The notes beneath the pieces were generated by a model. The model saw only the letters and a list, made by a program, of their open reading frames with translations, was not told where the DNA came from and did not search any database. Source: Trueperaceae bacterium (GTDB lineage Bacteria; Deinococcota; Deinococci; Deinococcales; Trueperaceae). Taken from it: 64,000 bases of DNA. The stretch spans positions 2,112,001 through 2,176,000 of the forward strand of contig OZ243927.1 of the NCBI GenBank assembly GCA_965213925.1, given 5' to 3'. A program made the position numbers and the translations under genes. Below, piece after piece: positions 46,847 to 55,982 of the stretch; the first letter of the stretch is position 1, and the number at the start of each line of letters is the position of its first letter.

Positions 46847-48616
46847 TCACCCCCGCTGAATCGCCACCACCTCATCACCTGCTTGCAAGTCCTGAACGCT
46901 CCTGAAGAGGTGTCCGCTTTGGTCGCGCCGCACGGCGAGAGGTAAGACCGCCGCGTTCTCGACCTCTAGCCCTCGCTTATCACCCTCGATGCGGTAAAGC
47001 AGCTCCTGCGCCTGCTCAGTAAGAAGGTCGTAGTCCCACTCGAGCAGGTTCACCGGATCGGCAAAAAGAGGCCTAGCGCCCATGCGCTCGAGCTGCCGAA
47101 AGAGCCCACCATCACTCCCTTTGGTAAGGAGCGCGTAGCATTCGGGCACGGCGAACTCTTCGGCAGCGCGTTTTACGGCTAAAACGTTGACCTCGGCGTT
47201 GGGCGTTAAACCGATGAGGAGCCCCGCCTCCTCGACGCCCGCGTCGAGCAGCGGCGTATCGTCCAAAGCGTCGCCGCGCACCGCGTTTAGCCCAGTTGCA
47301 GCCGCTTCGTCACAGTTCGCCTGATTCGTGTCCACGAGCGTAACGGGGCGCGAGGCGCTCAGCTCTCTTCCTAAAATCCGCGCTACCGGACCTGCCCCGA
47401 CGATGACGACGCCTTGACGTTCTGAACTCGCCCGCGCCAGCTCGCCGCGTTTGGAAAGCCAGTTTACGCCCCATACCAAGAGGAGCGGCACCGTCGCCGT
47501 CGTAACCACCGCCATCACCACGAGGATGGAAAAGACCTCGTTCGTGATGAGCCCGGCGCGCAGGGCGATACCCGCTAAGATGATCTCGACCGCGCCTCTA
47601 TCGTTCATGCCCATTCCGATAACCAGACCCTCGCGCCAAGCGCCGCCGCTCCAACTGTAAAAGAGAAGCGTACCGACGATTTTACCTACTGTCGCAATCA
47701 CGATAACTGTAAGCAGCAAGCCGAGGCTCTGCCCCAACATCCCGAACGACACCTCGAAGCCGATGGTCAGAAAGAAGACGGGCGCGAGAAAGCCGATGGA
47801 GACGTCGCGCACCAACTCGGTGAGTTCGTGCGACAAGCGGCGCTCTGAAATCGCTTCGCGCAGGAACATCCCCGCTAAAAACGCGCCCAAGATGCCGTGT
47901 AGCCCCGAGACTTCCGCGAGTTCGGCGAAGGTCAAGGCGATGATAAGTGCCAGTGTCGCGTGAAAGGTGCGGCTCGTGAGCCCGCGTTTACCGAGCCAGC
48001 GGTAGAGCGGCGGCACGACGTAGAGCCCCAGCAGCCACGAGGCGGCGAAAAAGAGGCACACGCGGGCGAGGAGCCACAAGGTGCCGAGTAGCTCGAGCCC
48101 CCCCGCCTCCGCCACGCCCAAAATGCTCGCAAAAAGGAGCAGCGACAAGGTGTCTGTAATCAGCGCCCCCGCCATCATCACGCTCGCAAGGCGCGTATCC
48201 AAAATGCCCAAGTCCGTGAGGATGCGCGACTTCGTCGCTAAAGAGGTCACGCCCATCGCTATACCTACGAAGAGCGCCGCAACGAGCGACTCGTCCCAGA
48301 AGAGCATCACCGCGACGCCGAGTATAAAAGGGACGATGAACCCGCCCATTGCCGCGTACAACCCGCCCTTAGACGAACGCTGCAACTCCTTAAAGTTGAC
48401 CTCCATACCGACGAACATCATCATCAGTAAAACGCCCAAATCCGCTAAAACCATGAGCGCGTCGCTGGCGTACAGGAGCCCTAAGAGTGGCGGACCTAAA
48501 ACGATGCCCATGACGATTTCGCCTAAAACAGCCGGATAGCCGACGCGCACCGCGAGGCGTCCCCCTGCGAAAGCGGCGACTAAGACGAGCAAAAGGTTGA
48601 GGGTGCTGAAGGTCAT
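46847..48616 (-). CDS. CPA2 cation:proton antiporter with a C-terminal RCK/TrkA_N domain
   Basis: PAVLGEIVMGIVLGP, ILGAFLAG, FLAPVFF, RGAVE and C-terminal IVGAGPVA...VRGDA. Confidence 0.9.
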   Translation of the reverse strand: MTFSTLNLLLVLVAAFAGGRLAVRVGYPAVLGEIVMGIVLGPPLLGLLYASDALMVLADLGVLLMMMFVGMEVNFKELQRSSKGGLYAAMGGFIVPFILGVAVMLFWDESLVAALFVGIAMGVTSLATKSRILTDLGILDTRLASVMMAGALITDTLSLLLFASILGVAEAGGLELLGTLWLLARVCLFFAASWLLGLYVVPPLYRWLGKRGLTSRTFHATLALIIALTFAELAEVSGLHGILGAFLAGMFLREAISERRLSHELTELVRDVSIGFLAPVFFLTIGFEVSFGMLGQSLGLLLTVIVIATVGKIVGTLLFYSWSGGAWREGLVIGMGMNDRGAVEIILAGIALRAGLITNEVFSILVVMAVVTTATVPLLLVWGVNWLSKRGELARASSERQGVVIVGAGPVARILGRELSASRPVTLVDTNQANCDEAAATGLNAVRGDALDDTPLLDAGVEEAGLLIGLTPNAEVNVLAVKRAAEEFAVPECYALLTKGSDGGLFRQLERMGARPLFADPVNLLEWDYDLLTEQAQELLYRIEGDKRGLEVENAAVLPLAVRRDQSGHLFRSVQDLQAGDEVVAIQRG

Positions 48617-48797
48617 GAGGGACCCTCGGTCCTTGGAGGACGACCGAAAAAGCATCTGCGCGGGTCACGTGCCAGGTTCATCCGCCCTCCTTAGGGAGAA
48701 GCCCTGCATATGGGGGTGCGGCCGGTTCCGGCTCCCCACGGTTACGCGGTTTCCGCGGCGAAGAGGGCTCTCGAGCGCCGCGGAGGTCTCCCTGAAT
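48617..48797 (-). ncRNA. Candidate structured cis-regulatory leader of the antiporter
   Basis: TAGAAT at 48803-48798, then about 175 nt with several stems and alternative pairings over the ribosome-binding region. Confidence 0.45.
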
Positions 48798-48803
48798 ATT
48801 CTA

Positions 48804-49070
48804 TTACGGCGTCGGGGGTGGTTCGGCTACAACTCGAGCCGCCAGAGAGTGCGCGCCGTACCAGAGCAAGAGAATAACAGCAATGTGAGTAAGAATGCTG
48901 ACGCCGAAAAGGGCGAGTGCGAAAAGCGCTGTGCTGTCAAATCCTGTGTCAACTAAAGATAAAGGAACAAAGGACGCGGCGATCGTGCCGGGTAATGACA
49001 CGGTGAGCTGGACTGAGAGGTAGAGCGCTAGAAGTCGGCAGGCAAGTTTAGCAACGGTTCGGGCGTCCAT
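48804..49070 (-). CDS. Small membrane protein, half-length paralog of 33640-34143 (possibly truncated)
   Basis: MDARTVAKLACRLLALY versus MDTRDLSVLACRVLALY; ends after two TM helices. Confidence 0.6.
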   Translation of the reverse strand: MDARTVAKLACRLLALYLSVQLTVSLPGTIAASFVPLSLVDTGFDSTALFALALFGVSILTHIAVILLLWYGAHSLAARVVAEPPPTP

Positions 49071-49124
49071 CCCTCATGGTAGAAGCCTTGCGCGGACGAA
49101 CTCGAGAACAATCCCTCTTTAGGC

Positions 49125-50132
49125 TCACTCCCCGAACATCATCCGCACGGGCGCGGGCTCGCGGTTCTCCTTGCTGACGTGCGCCCACGTCCAACCCGCA
49201 CACCGCAGCATCGTGTGGAGCCTGGCGCGGCGTTCCGCGTAGCTTTCCAACCTCTCTTTGACCTCTTCACTCCGGTTGTCCGCAGAGTTATCTATCAGCG
49301 AAAGGTCCGGTAGCGGCGGCGTTTCATGCGTGAATGCTACGAAGACCTCTTCTAAGCTCGAGACGAAGCCCGCCACCGCCCGCCTCGAGACCAAAAAATG
49401 CTCGTCTTGTTGAACGTTGTCGGTAGTCTCGAGAATCGTCAAAACCTCATCCAACATCGCCACAGCTAAAACGAGGGCGTAGGCGGGCTCCTTCGCACCC
49501 GAAAAGTGCAGCGCAGGGTAGCGGCGGTGGGTGTGTTCCAACGTTACAAGCATCGGCGAGAGCGTGCTCAAGATGGGGACGGTCTTATCCTCTTCGCGCC
49601 AGACGCGTTTTAGTAACCTCTCCGGCGTGTCGCCTAGATGATGGATGTAGAGCGCCAAGCGCCGCCGCTGCATCTCGCCTTGAACCATCGGCACGAAAAA
49701 CGAGATGATGAGCGTGATTAAAAAGAAGCTGCTCAGGGAGGCGAAGGCGGTTAAGACCTGGTAGAACTGCGTGCCCGGCTGGTAGTCGCCGATGCCTAAA
49801 GTCGAGAGGGTGTAGCCGCTGAAGTAGACGCGCGACCAGAAGGGGGCGGGGTTGCCCGTGGAGCCTTCTAGGACGGCTTGAGGCGAACTGGTGAAGACGA
49901 TGAGCCAGCCCAGCCAGAGCACGAGGAACCAACCCGTGACGGTGCATAGAATCGTGATCATGCCGAGTTGAGGCAGCGGGCGTTTTAGTCCGCCGTTGCG
50001 CCGCACGAAGCGGCTCGCACACCACGTTACGCCCATCGCGACGGGTCCGCCGCCCGTCATGGTGATGGTGGCGACCATCTCCACGGCGATCACAAGAACA
50101 ACAGCCAGTCCGACCAGGACGCTCAGTGTCAT
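49125..50132 (-). CDS. Potassium-channel-family (Ion_trans_2) membrane protein
   Basis: YFSGYTLSTLGIGDYQP pore loop between TM helices; TATAAT 6 nt before ATG 50132. Confidence 0.8.
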   Translation of the reverse strand: MTLSVLVGLAVVLVIAVEMVATITMTGGGPVAMGVTWCASRFVRRNGGLKRPLPQLGMITILCTVTGWFLVLWLGWLIVFTSSPQAVLEGSTGNPAPFWSRVYFSGYTLSTLGIGDYQPGTQFYQVLTAFASLSSFFLITLIISFFVPMVQGEMQRRRLALYIHHLGDTPERLLKRVWREEDKTVPILSTLSPMLVTLEHTHRRYPALHFSGAKEPAYALVLAVAMLDEVLTILETTDNVQQDEHFLVSRRAVAGFVSSLEEVFVAFTHETPPLPDLSLIDNSADNRSEEVKERLESYAERRARLHTMLRCAGWTWAHVSKENREPAPVRMMFGE

Positions 50133-50166
50133 CTCGACATTATAGAGTTTGGTAAAGGCGGACGCG

Positions 50167-50778
50167 CTAAACGAGTCCCTTAGCCAAAACATTCACCGCC
50201 CGCGCGACGACCTCTTCTCGCTGCGCCGGGTCGGTGAGCTTGGGCACCTGTTTTTCGGTGGTGAGCTTAGCGAGCCCGTGCAGCGTCGCCCAGACGACGG
50301 CGCTGTCTACGTACGAATCGCTGCCTAAGCGCTCAACGCTCTGCAAGAGCGCCCCGTAAGCCCGTTTCGAGGCGGCGTAGAGGGGTTCGTTTTTCATCCT
50401 CGCTTCGGCAGGAATAAGCGCGAACATGACGCGGGTTAGCTCGGGGTTCCCTAACGCAAAGCCGATGTAAGCATCGGCTAGAGAGCGAAGCGTAGACTCT
50501 AAACCGCTTTCACCTCTTTCAATACTCTCGAGCAGAGCGTCCGCAAGCTCCTCAAATCCCTCTTGCGCGACAGCCTCCAAAAGCACCTCTTTACTCGCGA
50601 AGTGCCGATACACCGCTGGATGCGTCACGCCGATGCTACGCGCTAACGCCCGCAAGTTGAGAGACGCCGCACCCCCTTCTGAGATCTGCGCCCGCGCCGC
50701 TTGTACGAGCGCGTTCTTCAAGTCTCCGTGATGATAGTCGCTGCTCAAGGTTCCGTCCCTATGTCTTCTAGGATACAA
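50167..50778 (-). CDS. TetR/AcrR family regulator (WHG-type C-terminus)
   Basis: YHHGDLK, LNLRALARSIGVTHPAVYRHF and WATLHG motifs; start may be TTG 50748. Confidence 0.92.
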   Translation of the reverse strand: MYPRRHRDGTLSSDYHHGDLKNALVQAARAQISEGGAASLNLRALARSIGVTHPAVYRHFASKEVLLEAVAQEGFEELADALLESIERGESGLESTLRSLADAYIGFALGNPELTRVMFALIPAEARMKNEPLYAASKRAYGALLQSVERLGSDSYVDSAVVWATLHGLAKLTTEKQVPKLTDPAQREEVVARAVNVLAKGLV

Positions 50779-50827
50779 TGTTACCGCTGGTCACACAGGA
50801 TACTCAGCGTTAGTTACCAAGGGTAAC
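50779..50827. promoter_or_regulatory. Two putative TetR operators (GTTACC-N3-GGTAAC)
   Basis: tgttacc-gct-ggtcaca (50779-50795) and gttacc-aag-ggtaac (50813-50827) between the divergent tetR and SDR genes. Confidence 0.65.
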
Positions 50828-50876
50828 ATATTCGAGAGGTTGAGCAGAGTCTTTGACTTTGGAGAGGCAGGTGCGT

Positions 50877-51770
50877 ATGCAGGGCAAAACTGTTGTAGTG
50901 ACGGGCGCAACCAGTGGCATCGGCGAAGCGGTTGCAGAGGGTTTGGCGGGCGAGGGTGCAAATCTCGTCATCGTCAGCCGAAATAGGGCGAAGTGTGCGG
51001 AGACAGCGAAGCGCATCACCGAAAAAACAGGAAACTCGAATATCACCTACTACGTCGCTGACTTGTCTGTTCAACAAGAGGTACGCGACCTCGCGGGCAA
51101 GCTAAATGAGAACCTCTTGCGGCTTGATGTGCTCATCAACAACGCGGGCGCTTGGTTTACAGGGCGCAAACTGAGCGCCGACGGAGTTGAGATGACGTGG
51201 GCGCTCAACCACCTGAATTACTTTTTACTCACGCATGAGTTGACCGACCTCTTGAAACGTACTGCAGCAGAATACGGCGAGGCGAGGGTGATCAACCAAG
51301 CTTCGATGTCACATTTAGAAGGCAAGATTCGCTGGGATGACCTCGAGTTTGAGACAAGCTGGGATACGAAAGGCAAAGGCAGCATCGGACCGGGTTGGGG
51401 CGTCTACAGCCAGAGCAAACTGGCGAATGTCATGCACGCCTTTGCTTTAGCGCGGCGTTTGGAGGACACGGGTGTGGTCGCGAACGCGGTTCACCCCGGC
51501 GTGGTCGTAACAGGGTTTGCCGCTAACAACGGCTTCTTTTACAAGTTGATGGCTCCTGTACGGCGTCTATACAACCGGAGTACACCACAAGATGGAGCCG
51601 AGCCAGCTATCTATTTAGCCTCTGCACCCGAAGCCGCTACCGTCACGGGCGCGTATTACGGACCGCCCCGTAAGCGAGAAGAGGTCAACCCGCTTGCAAA
51701 TGATGTAGCCGCGCAAGAGCGGCTGTGGAACGTCTCTTTGGATTATATCGGCGCTGCTAAGGTCGCCTGA
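50877..51770 (+). CDS. SDR oxidoreductase (retinol dehydrogenase-like)
   Basis: TGATSGIG, INNAG, YSQSKLAN and AVHPG motifs. Confidence 0.92.
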   Translation: MQGKTVVVTGATSGIGEAVAEGLAGEGANLVIVSRNRAKCAETAKRITEKTGNSNITYYVADLSVQQEVRDLAGKLNENLLRLDVLINNAGAWFTGRKLSADGVEMTWALNHLNYFLLTHELTDLLKRTAAEYGEARVINQASMSHLEGKIRWDDLEFETSWDTKGKGSIGPGWGVYSQSKLANVMHAFALARRLEDTGVVANAVHPGVVVTGFAANNGFFYKLMAPVRRLYNRSTPQDGAEPAIYLASAPEAATVTGAYYGPPRKREEVNPLANDVAAQERLWNVSLDYIGAAKVA

Positions 51771-51785
51771 CGGTAAGGAGAAACC

Positions 51786-52169
51786 ATGAAACGCGGCTTA
51801 CAAGTTTTACTCGGTGTTCTCAGCCTTATTCCGCTCCTAGTCGCCTCTTTGGGCTTACTCTTCGGTGCTGGAAGGTTTTTGCCCGAAGAGGTCGTTACGC
51901 CGGGCTTCGACAGCCACTACCGCTACATCACGGGGTACTACCTCTCGCTCACGCTACTCGCCTGGTGGGTCATTCCGAACATCGAAAACCACGTGGTTCC
52001 GCTGCGCATCGTCAGCGCCGCAATCTTTATGGGCGGTGTCGGGCGGCTCGTGTCGGTGCTCGAGGTGGGGCTGCCTAGTCCGGTCGATATAGGCTTTACG
52101 GTGCTCGAGCTGCTCTTCCCGCTACTTCTCATCTGGCAAGCTCGCTTGCCCGAACCGGCTGCTGCTTAA
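51786..52169 (+). CDS. DUF4345-like membrane protein
   Basis: DSHYRY...FMGGVGRLVS...G.P...EL pattern; AAGGAG SD. Confidence 0.75.
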   Translation: MKRGLQVLLGVLSLIPLLVASLGLLFGAGRFLPEEVVTPGFDSHYRYITGYYLSLTLLAWWVIPNIENHVVPLRIVSAAIFMGGVGRLVSVLEVGLPSPVDIGFTVLELLFPLLLIWQARLPEPAAA

Positions 52170-52250
52170 CTCTGTAGAGGGGATAGGCGTCTCGGGGCGT
52201 ATTGTAAGGTCCCTAAAACCGCTTTACAGCGCCCCGTGATAGGTTGAGTT

Positions 52251-53123
52251 ATGAGCACCGCCGCACCGCAACCCCGCCGCAAGGGTCTAAAAACCTACCT
52301 CTCGTTTGTCAAATTCGAGCACACCCTCTTCGCGCTGCCTTTCGCCTACGGCGGTATGCTCTTAGCGGCGAACGGTTGGCCCGGCGTGGCAACGTTTCTC
52401 TGGATCACGCTGGCGATGGTCGGCGCGCGCACGGCGAGCATGGCGCTTAACCGCGTGATCGACGCGGAGATAGACGCGCGCAATCCGCGCACGAAAGCGC
52501 GCGAGATTCCTAGCGGCGTGCTGCGCAGGCGCGAGGGCGTGTGGCTCGCGGTCGCCGGTTTCGCGCTTCTCATCCTCTCCGGCTGGGCGCTCAACGCGCT
52601 CACCCTGGCGCTCCTCCCCGTCGCGGTGTTCTTTTTAGCGCTTTATCCCTACACCAAGCGCTTCACGTGGCTTTGTCACTACTGGCTCGGTCTTACGATC
52701 GGGGCGGCGGCGGCGGGCGGCTGGATCGCGGTAACGGGCGCGTTTGCGCCCGCTGCTGTGGCGTTCTGGGCGGGCGTCGGGCTGTGGATTGCGGGCTTCG
52801 ACATCATCTACGCGGTGCTCGACTACGACTTCGACGTGGCGCACGGGGTCTACAGCGTTCCGGCTGTATTTGGCGTGGATAACGCCCTCGCTATCTCTGC
52901 CCTTACGCACACCTTGGCGTGGTCCATGCTCGCGTTAGTCTTGCCGCTCACGGAGATGGGCTGGCTCTACGGGCTCGGTTTAGCGGTCGTGGCCGCGGTT
53001 CTCGCGCTGCAACACCTTCTGGTCCGCAAGGGAGAGGTCGGCGCTACGCTCCGCTCCTTTAACGCCAACCTCTACGTCAGCGCTGTGATGCTGCTAGCTA
53101 TCCTTGCAGATATCATTATCTGA
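52251..53123 (+). CDS. UbiA family prenyltransferase (MqnP-like)
   Basis: KFEHTLFALPF, NRVIDAEIDARNPRT, YPYTKRFT and GFDIIYA motifs. Confidence 0.88.
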   Translation: MSTAAPQPRRKGLKTYLSFVKFEHTLFALPFAYGGMLLAANGWPGVATFLWITLAMVGARTASMALNRVIDAEIDARNPRTKAREIPSGVLRRREGVWLAVAGFALLILSGWALNALTLALLPVAVFFLALYPYTKRFTWLCHYWLGLTIGAAAAGGWIAVTGAFAPAAVAFWAGVGLWIAGFDIIYAVLDYDFDVAHGVYSVPAVFGVDNALAISALTHTLAWSMLALVLPLTEMGWLYGLGLAVVAAVLALQHLLVRKGEVGATLRSFNANLYVSAVMLLAILADIII

Positions 53124-53162
53124 GAGACTTTTCCCATCTCACCTACACTGAAAGAGGTCACA

Positions 53163-53603
53163 GTGCGCTACGTTTTTTCAACCCGCCAGGAGGACTTGAC
53201 ACGCTACCGCTTCCCGACGCATATCAACGACTTGGTGTTGGATAGAGCAGAAGCGGCCACCTCAGAAGTCTTCGTTGTTGTCTTGGACGAGGGCGAGGCT
53301 CCGCCGCTGCATCAGCACGACGATACGGAGCAGGTTTTTTATATACTCGAGGGGCGCGGCAGACTCACGATTAGGGGAGAGGAACATCACGACCTCTCAC
53401 CTAGTGACGTGGTGCTCATCCCGCCCAGCACACCGCACTCGGTGGAGGCGGTGGGAGGCAAGTTGCGCTACTTAACCGTGGACTGCTTTTTAGGAGGTCG
53501 CCCCGAAGCGGAGCCGACCTGGGAGAAGCACGTCGAAGTGATGTGCCGTGAGAACGGCTGGGACTTGGAGCGTGTTTTGGCGGAGGCGAATAAGAAGCAA
53601 TGA
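53163..53603 (+). CDS. Cupin domain protein
   Basis: PPLHQHDDTEQVFYILEG...IPPSTPH motifs. Confidence 0.88.
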   Translation: MRYVFSTRQEDLTRYRFPTHINDLVLDRAEAATSEVFVVVLDEGEAPPLHQHDDTEQVFYILEGRGRLTIRGEEHHDLSPSDVVLIPPSTPHSVEAVGGKLRYLTVDCFLGGRPEAEPTWEKHVEVMCRENGWDLERVLAEANKKQ

Positions 53604-53729
53604 GTTAAAAGCAACCCAGTCATACCCGCTTGCGCAGCTAGCGGGAGCGGTCCACGCGACGCACAGGGCTGGGCGAACGGCGAGCAATGAGTCCAACCTT
53701 TTCACTTTTAACTCGTTGCTCATTGCTCA
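53596..53729 (+). repeat. Heptamer-based composite element (AGCAATG type), copy 2
   Basis: Homologous to 36791-36918; its ends contain the stop codons of both flanking convergent genes. Confidence 0.75.
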
Positions 53730-54719
53730 AAAACTGAGGTTATGTTTAGCTCGGTAGTCCTCGAGCAACCTATCCACGACTTTAGCGGTACGTAAAGCGC
53801 TCTCGCCGGTGCTCGAGCACTCTCCTTGACCCGTCAAGGCGTCCACGACCTCCTGAATGAGTGGCTGCTGCACCGTCTCGGGATAGGGTGCCTCGATGAC
53901 CTCTTCGCCGTCACCCGTCGTGAGATGGAGCGGGCTGCCGTCGAACGAGGCGAAGCGCAAGCTTCCTTTTGAACCGATCAAGTTGACCGAATCGACCTCT
54001 TGCGTGCCGCTAAAACACCACACACCCATACCCTGAACGCCCGACTCGAATTCGAACGCGGCGCTCACGATATCCTCGGCGGGGTAGCGCCCTGCTTGGT
54101 TAGCGGCGAAACCTGTGACTTTAGCAATGGGTCCGAGCATCCAGTCCAGAAAGTCTAAGGTGTGTGAGCCCATGTCCACGAAGTAGCCGCCGCCGGAGAC
54201 TTCGGGGCGTACGCGCCAGGGAATGTCGCCTACGTCCGAGGGAGACGCGGAGAGTTGCAGCCGCACCTCAACCGCCCTCACTTCACCAATCGTTCCCGAA
54301 TCCAACATCTCTTTGATTTTGACGAAGCGCGGCATCGCCCGCCGGTAGTAGGCGACGAAGAGGGGTACGCCCGCATCCTTACACGCCGCAATCATCGCCT
54401 CGCACTCTTCCGCTGTACGCGCCACCGGCTTCTCGACGTAGACGGGTTTACCCGCCGCCGCAACTTGTAGTGTGTAGTCGTGGTGTGAGTCGGGCGGGGT
54501 GGCGATGTAGACGGCGTCCACGTCAGGGTCATGGATAAGTTTGTCGGCATCGTCGTACCACTTAGGGACGCCGTGACGCTCGGCGTAGTCCTTTACTTTA
54601 TCTGTAGAACGCCGCATGACGGCGACGAGTTCTGAACGCTCCGCTTGCTGAAAGCCGGGTCCGCTCTTTTTTTCCGTCACGTCGCCTACTCCGATAATGC
54701 CCCAACGCACCTTATCCAT
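53727..54719 (-). CDS. Gfo/Idh/MocA family oxidoreductase
   Basis: WGIIGVGDV, YIATPP, VYVEKP and DMGSHTLD motifs. Confidence 0.92.
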   Translation of the reverse strand: MDKVRWGIIGVGDVTEKKSGPGFQQAERSELVAVMRRSTDKVKDYAERHGVPKWYDDADKLIHDPDVDAVYIATPPDSHHDYTLQVAAAGKPVYVEKPVARTAEECEAMIAACKDAGVPLFVAYYRRAMPRFVKIKEMLDSGTIGEVRAVEVRLQLSASPSDVGDIPWRVRPEVSGGGYFVDMGSHTLDFLDWMLGPIAKVTGFAANQAGRYPAEDIVSAAFEFESGVQGMGVWCFSGTQEVDSVNLIGSKGSLRFASFDGSPLHLTTGDGEEVIEAPYPETVQQPLIQEVVDALTGQGECSSTGESALRTAKVVDRLLEDYRAKHNLSF

Positions 54720-54779
54720 AAGTCGCTCCTTTGTAGAGGTTAAAGTAGCATATGTTCGCAAGGTGGCAAAGGATTTCGC

Positions 54780-55562
54780 ATGGTGAATAGAACTCAGGCT
54801 GAGGAGGCGTCACCTCGAGCCGGTGGGATGTTAGGTAAGGGTCTAAACCTCCTGACCCTTTTAGGCAACTATCCAGACGGCGTCGCCCTGAGCGACCTCG
54901 CGGCGGAAGCGGGCTTGCCGACCTCGACGGCGTACCGGCTCCTCGGTGCGATGGTCGCGCACAAGTTCGTGACGTTTGACCCCGCGACGCGCTGCTATCA
55001 GTTGGGGCTCAAAGTCTTCGAGTTAGGGCATCAGGTCTCTTCGGTCAAAAGTCTGGTTGAAATCGCGACGCCCGCCATGCAGCGGCTCGCCGACGTGACG
55101 CACGAGCTGATTTCGCTCGCAGTTTTGGAGCATCACGAGATGGTCATCTTGAAGCGCATCGAGCCCAAAGAGCGGCTGCACATTAAAGCGTACGTGGAAG
55201 GGCGCTTCGCGCTGCACACGACCTCTTTAGGAAAGTCGCTCCTAGCGTACATGCTCGAGAACGAACGCGAAAAGGTCCTTCAAAACCTCACCCTCACCCG
55301 GATGACCGAGCGCACGATGACCGATTTGGGCGCGTTGCGCGAGGAGCTTAGGCGCACCAGAGAGCGCGGTTACGGCATCTGCGACGAGGAGAACGACGTG
55401 GGCATCCGGGCGGTGGGCGCGCCGATTTTGAACGCCCAAGGGCGGGTGCAAGCGGCGCTCTCAGTCGCGACCTTGACCTTTCGGCGCTCGCTCTCAGACT
55501 TAGAGCAGTTCGTGCCTGACGTGCAGGCGGCGGCGCGTGAGGTCGGGGTGCAGCTTCATTAG
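54780..55562 (+). CDS. IclR family transcriptional regulator
   Basis: GLPTSTAYRLL HTH, TSLGKSLLA and GYGICDEE...G..AVGAPI motifs. Confidence 0.93.
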   Translation: MVNRTQAEEASPRAGGMLGKGLNLLTLLGNYPDGVALSDLAAEAGLPTSTAYRLLGAMVAHKFVTFDPATRCYQLGLKVFELGHQVSSVKSLVEIATPAMQRLADVTHELISLAVLEHHEMVILKRIEPKERLHIKAYVEGRFALHTTSLGKSLLAYMLENEREKVLQNLTLTRMTERTMTDLGALREELRRTRERGYGICDEENDVGIRAVGAPILNAQGRVQAALSVATLTFRRSLSDLEQFVPDVQAAAREVGVQLH

Positions 55563-55841
55563 GCTCGAGGGGGGGCGTTTTTTTCTCGAGTGGCGTGCAA
55601 CATATATCCTCAGCATGATTCTTTCGCTACCTGCGGTTCGCTGACCCCTTTTGCTATCCAAACCACAGTTTATCTCACCCGAGATACTGCCCCGCCACCT
55701 TGAAAAAGTCGCAAGAAGTCATATCGTTTCAATAGGGTAGAGGGAGTGCGCGGCGTAGGGGCACATAATTTATTACTGTATGAATCGTCCCTACTGCATT
55801 TGCCTCCTTCTGTGACTTTTTCAGTGAGGTCCACCAATACC

Positions 55842-55910
55842 TTGACGCCGCCTCGAGAGATACGCTACACTCGACCTACATCATAAAAAGAGTTTTCACA
55901 TGGTGGAAAA
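55842..55910 (+). promoter_or_regulatory. Putative promoter and IclR-type operator of the TRAP operon
   Basis: TTGACG-18 nt-TACACT, followed by the imperfect palindrome ttttcacatggtggaaaa (55893-55910). Confidence 0.55.
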
Positions 55911-55982
55911 AGTGCTGGAAGCCACCAGGCGAAAACGGCTGGCGGGTCGCACGCGGCGGCGCTGGCATTTCAGGAGGTAGGT

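Noticed and set aside
48617..48797. Assignment of the antiporter leader to TPP, SAM-I or canonical c-di-AMP riboswitch classes
   Set aside because: Only short motif echoes such as tgaacctg. Key consensus elements (CUGAGA, the SAM-I P1 AUC/GAU core, GGGGUGAAUC) were not found, so it is left unassigned.
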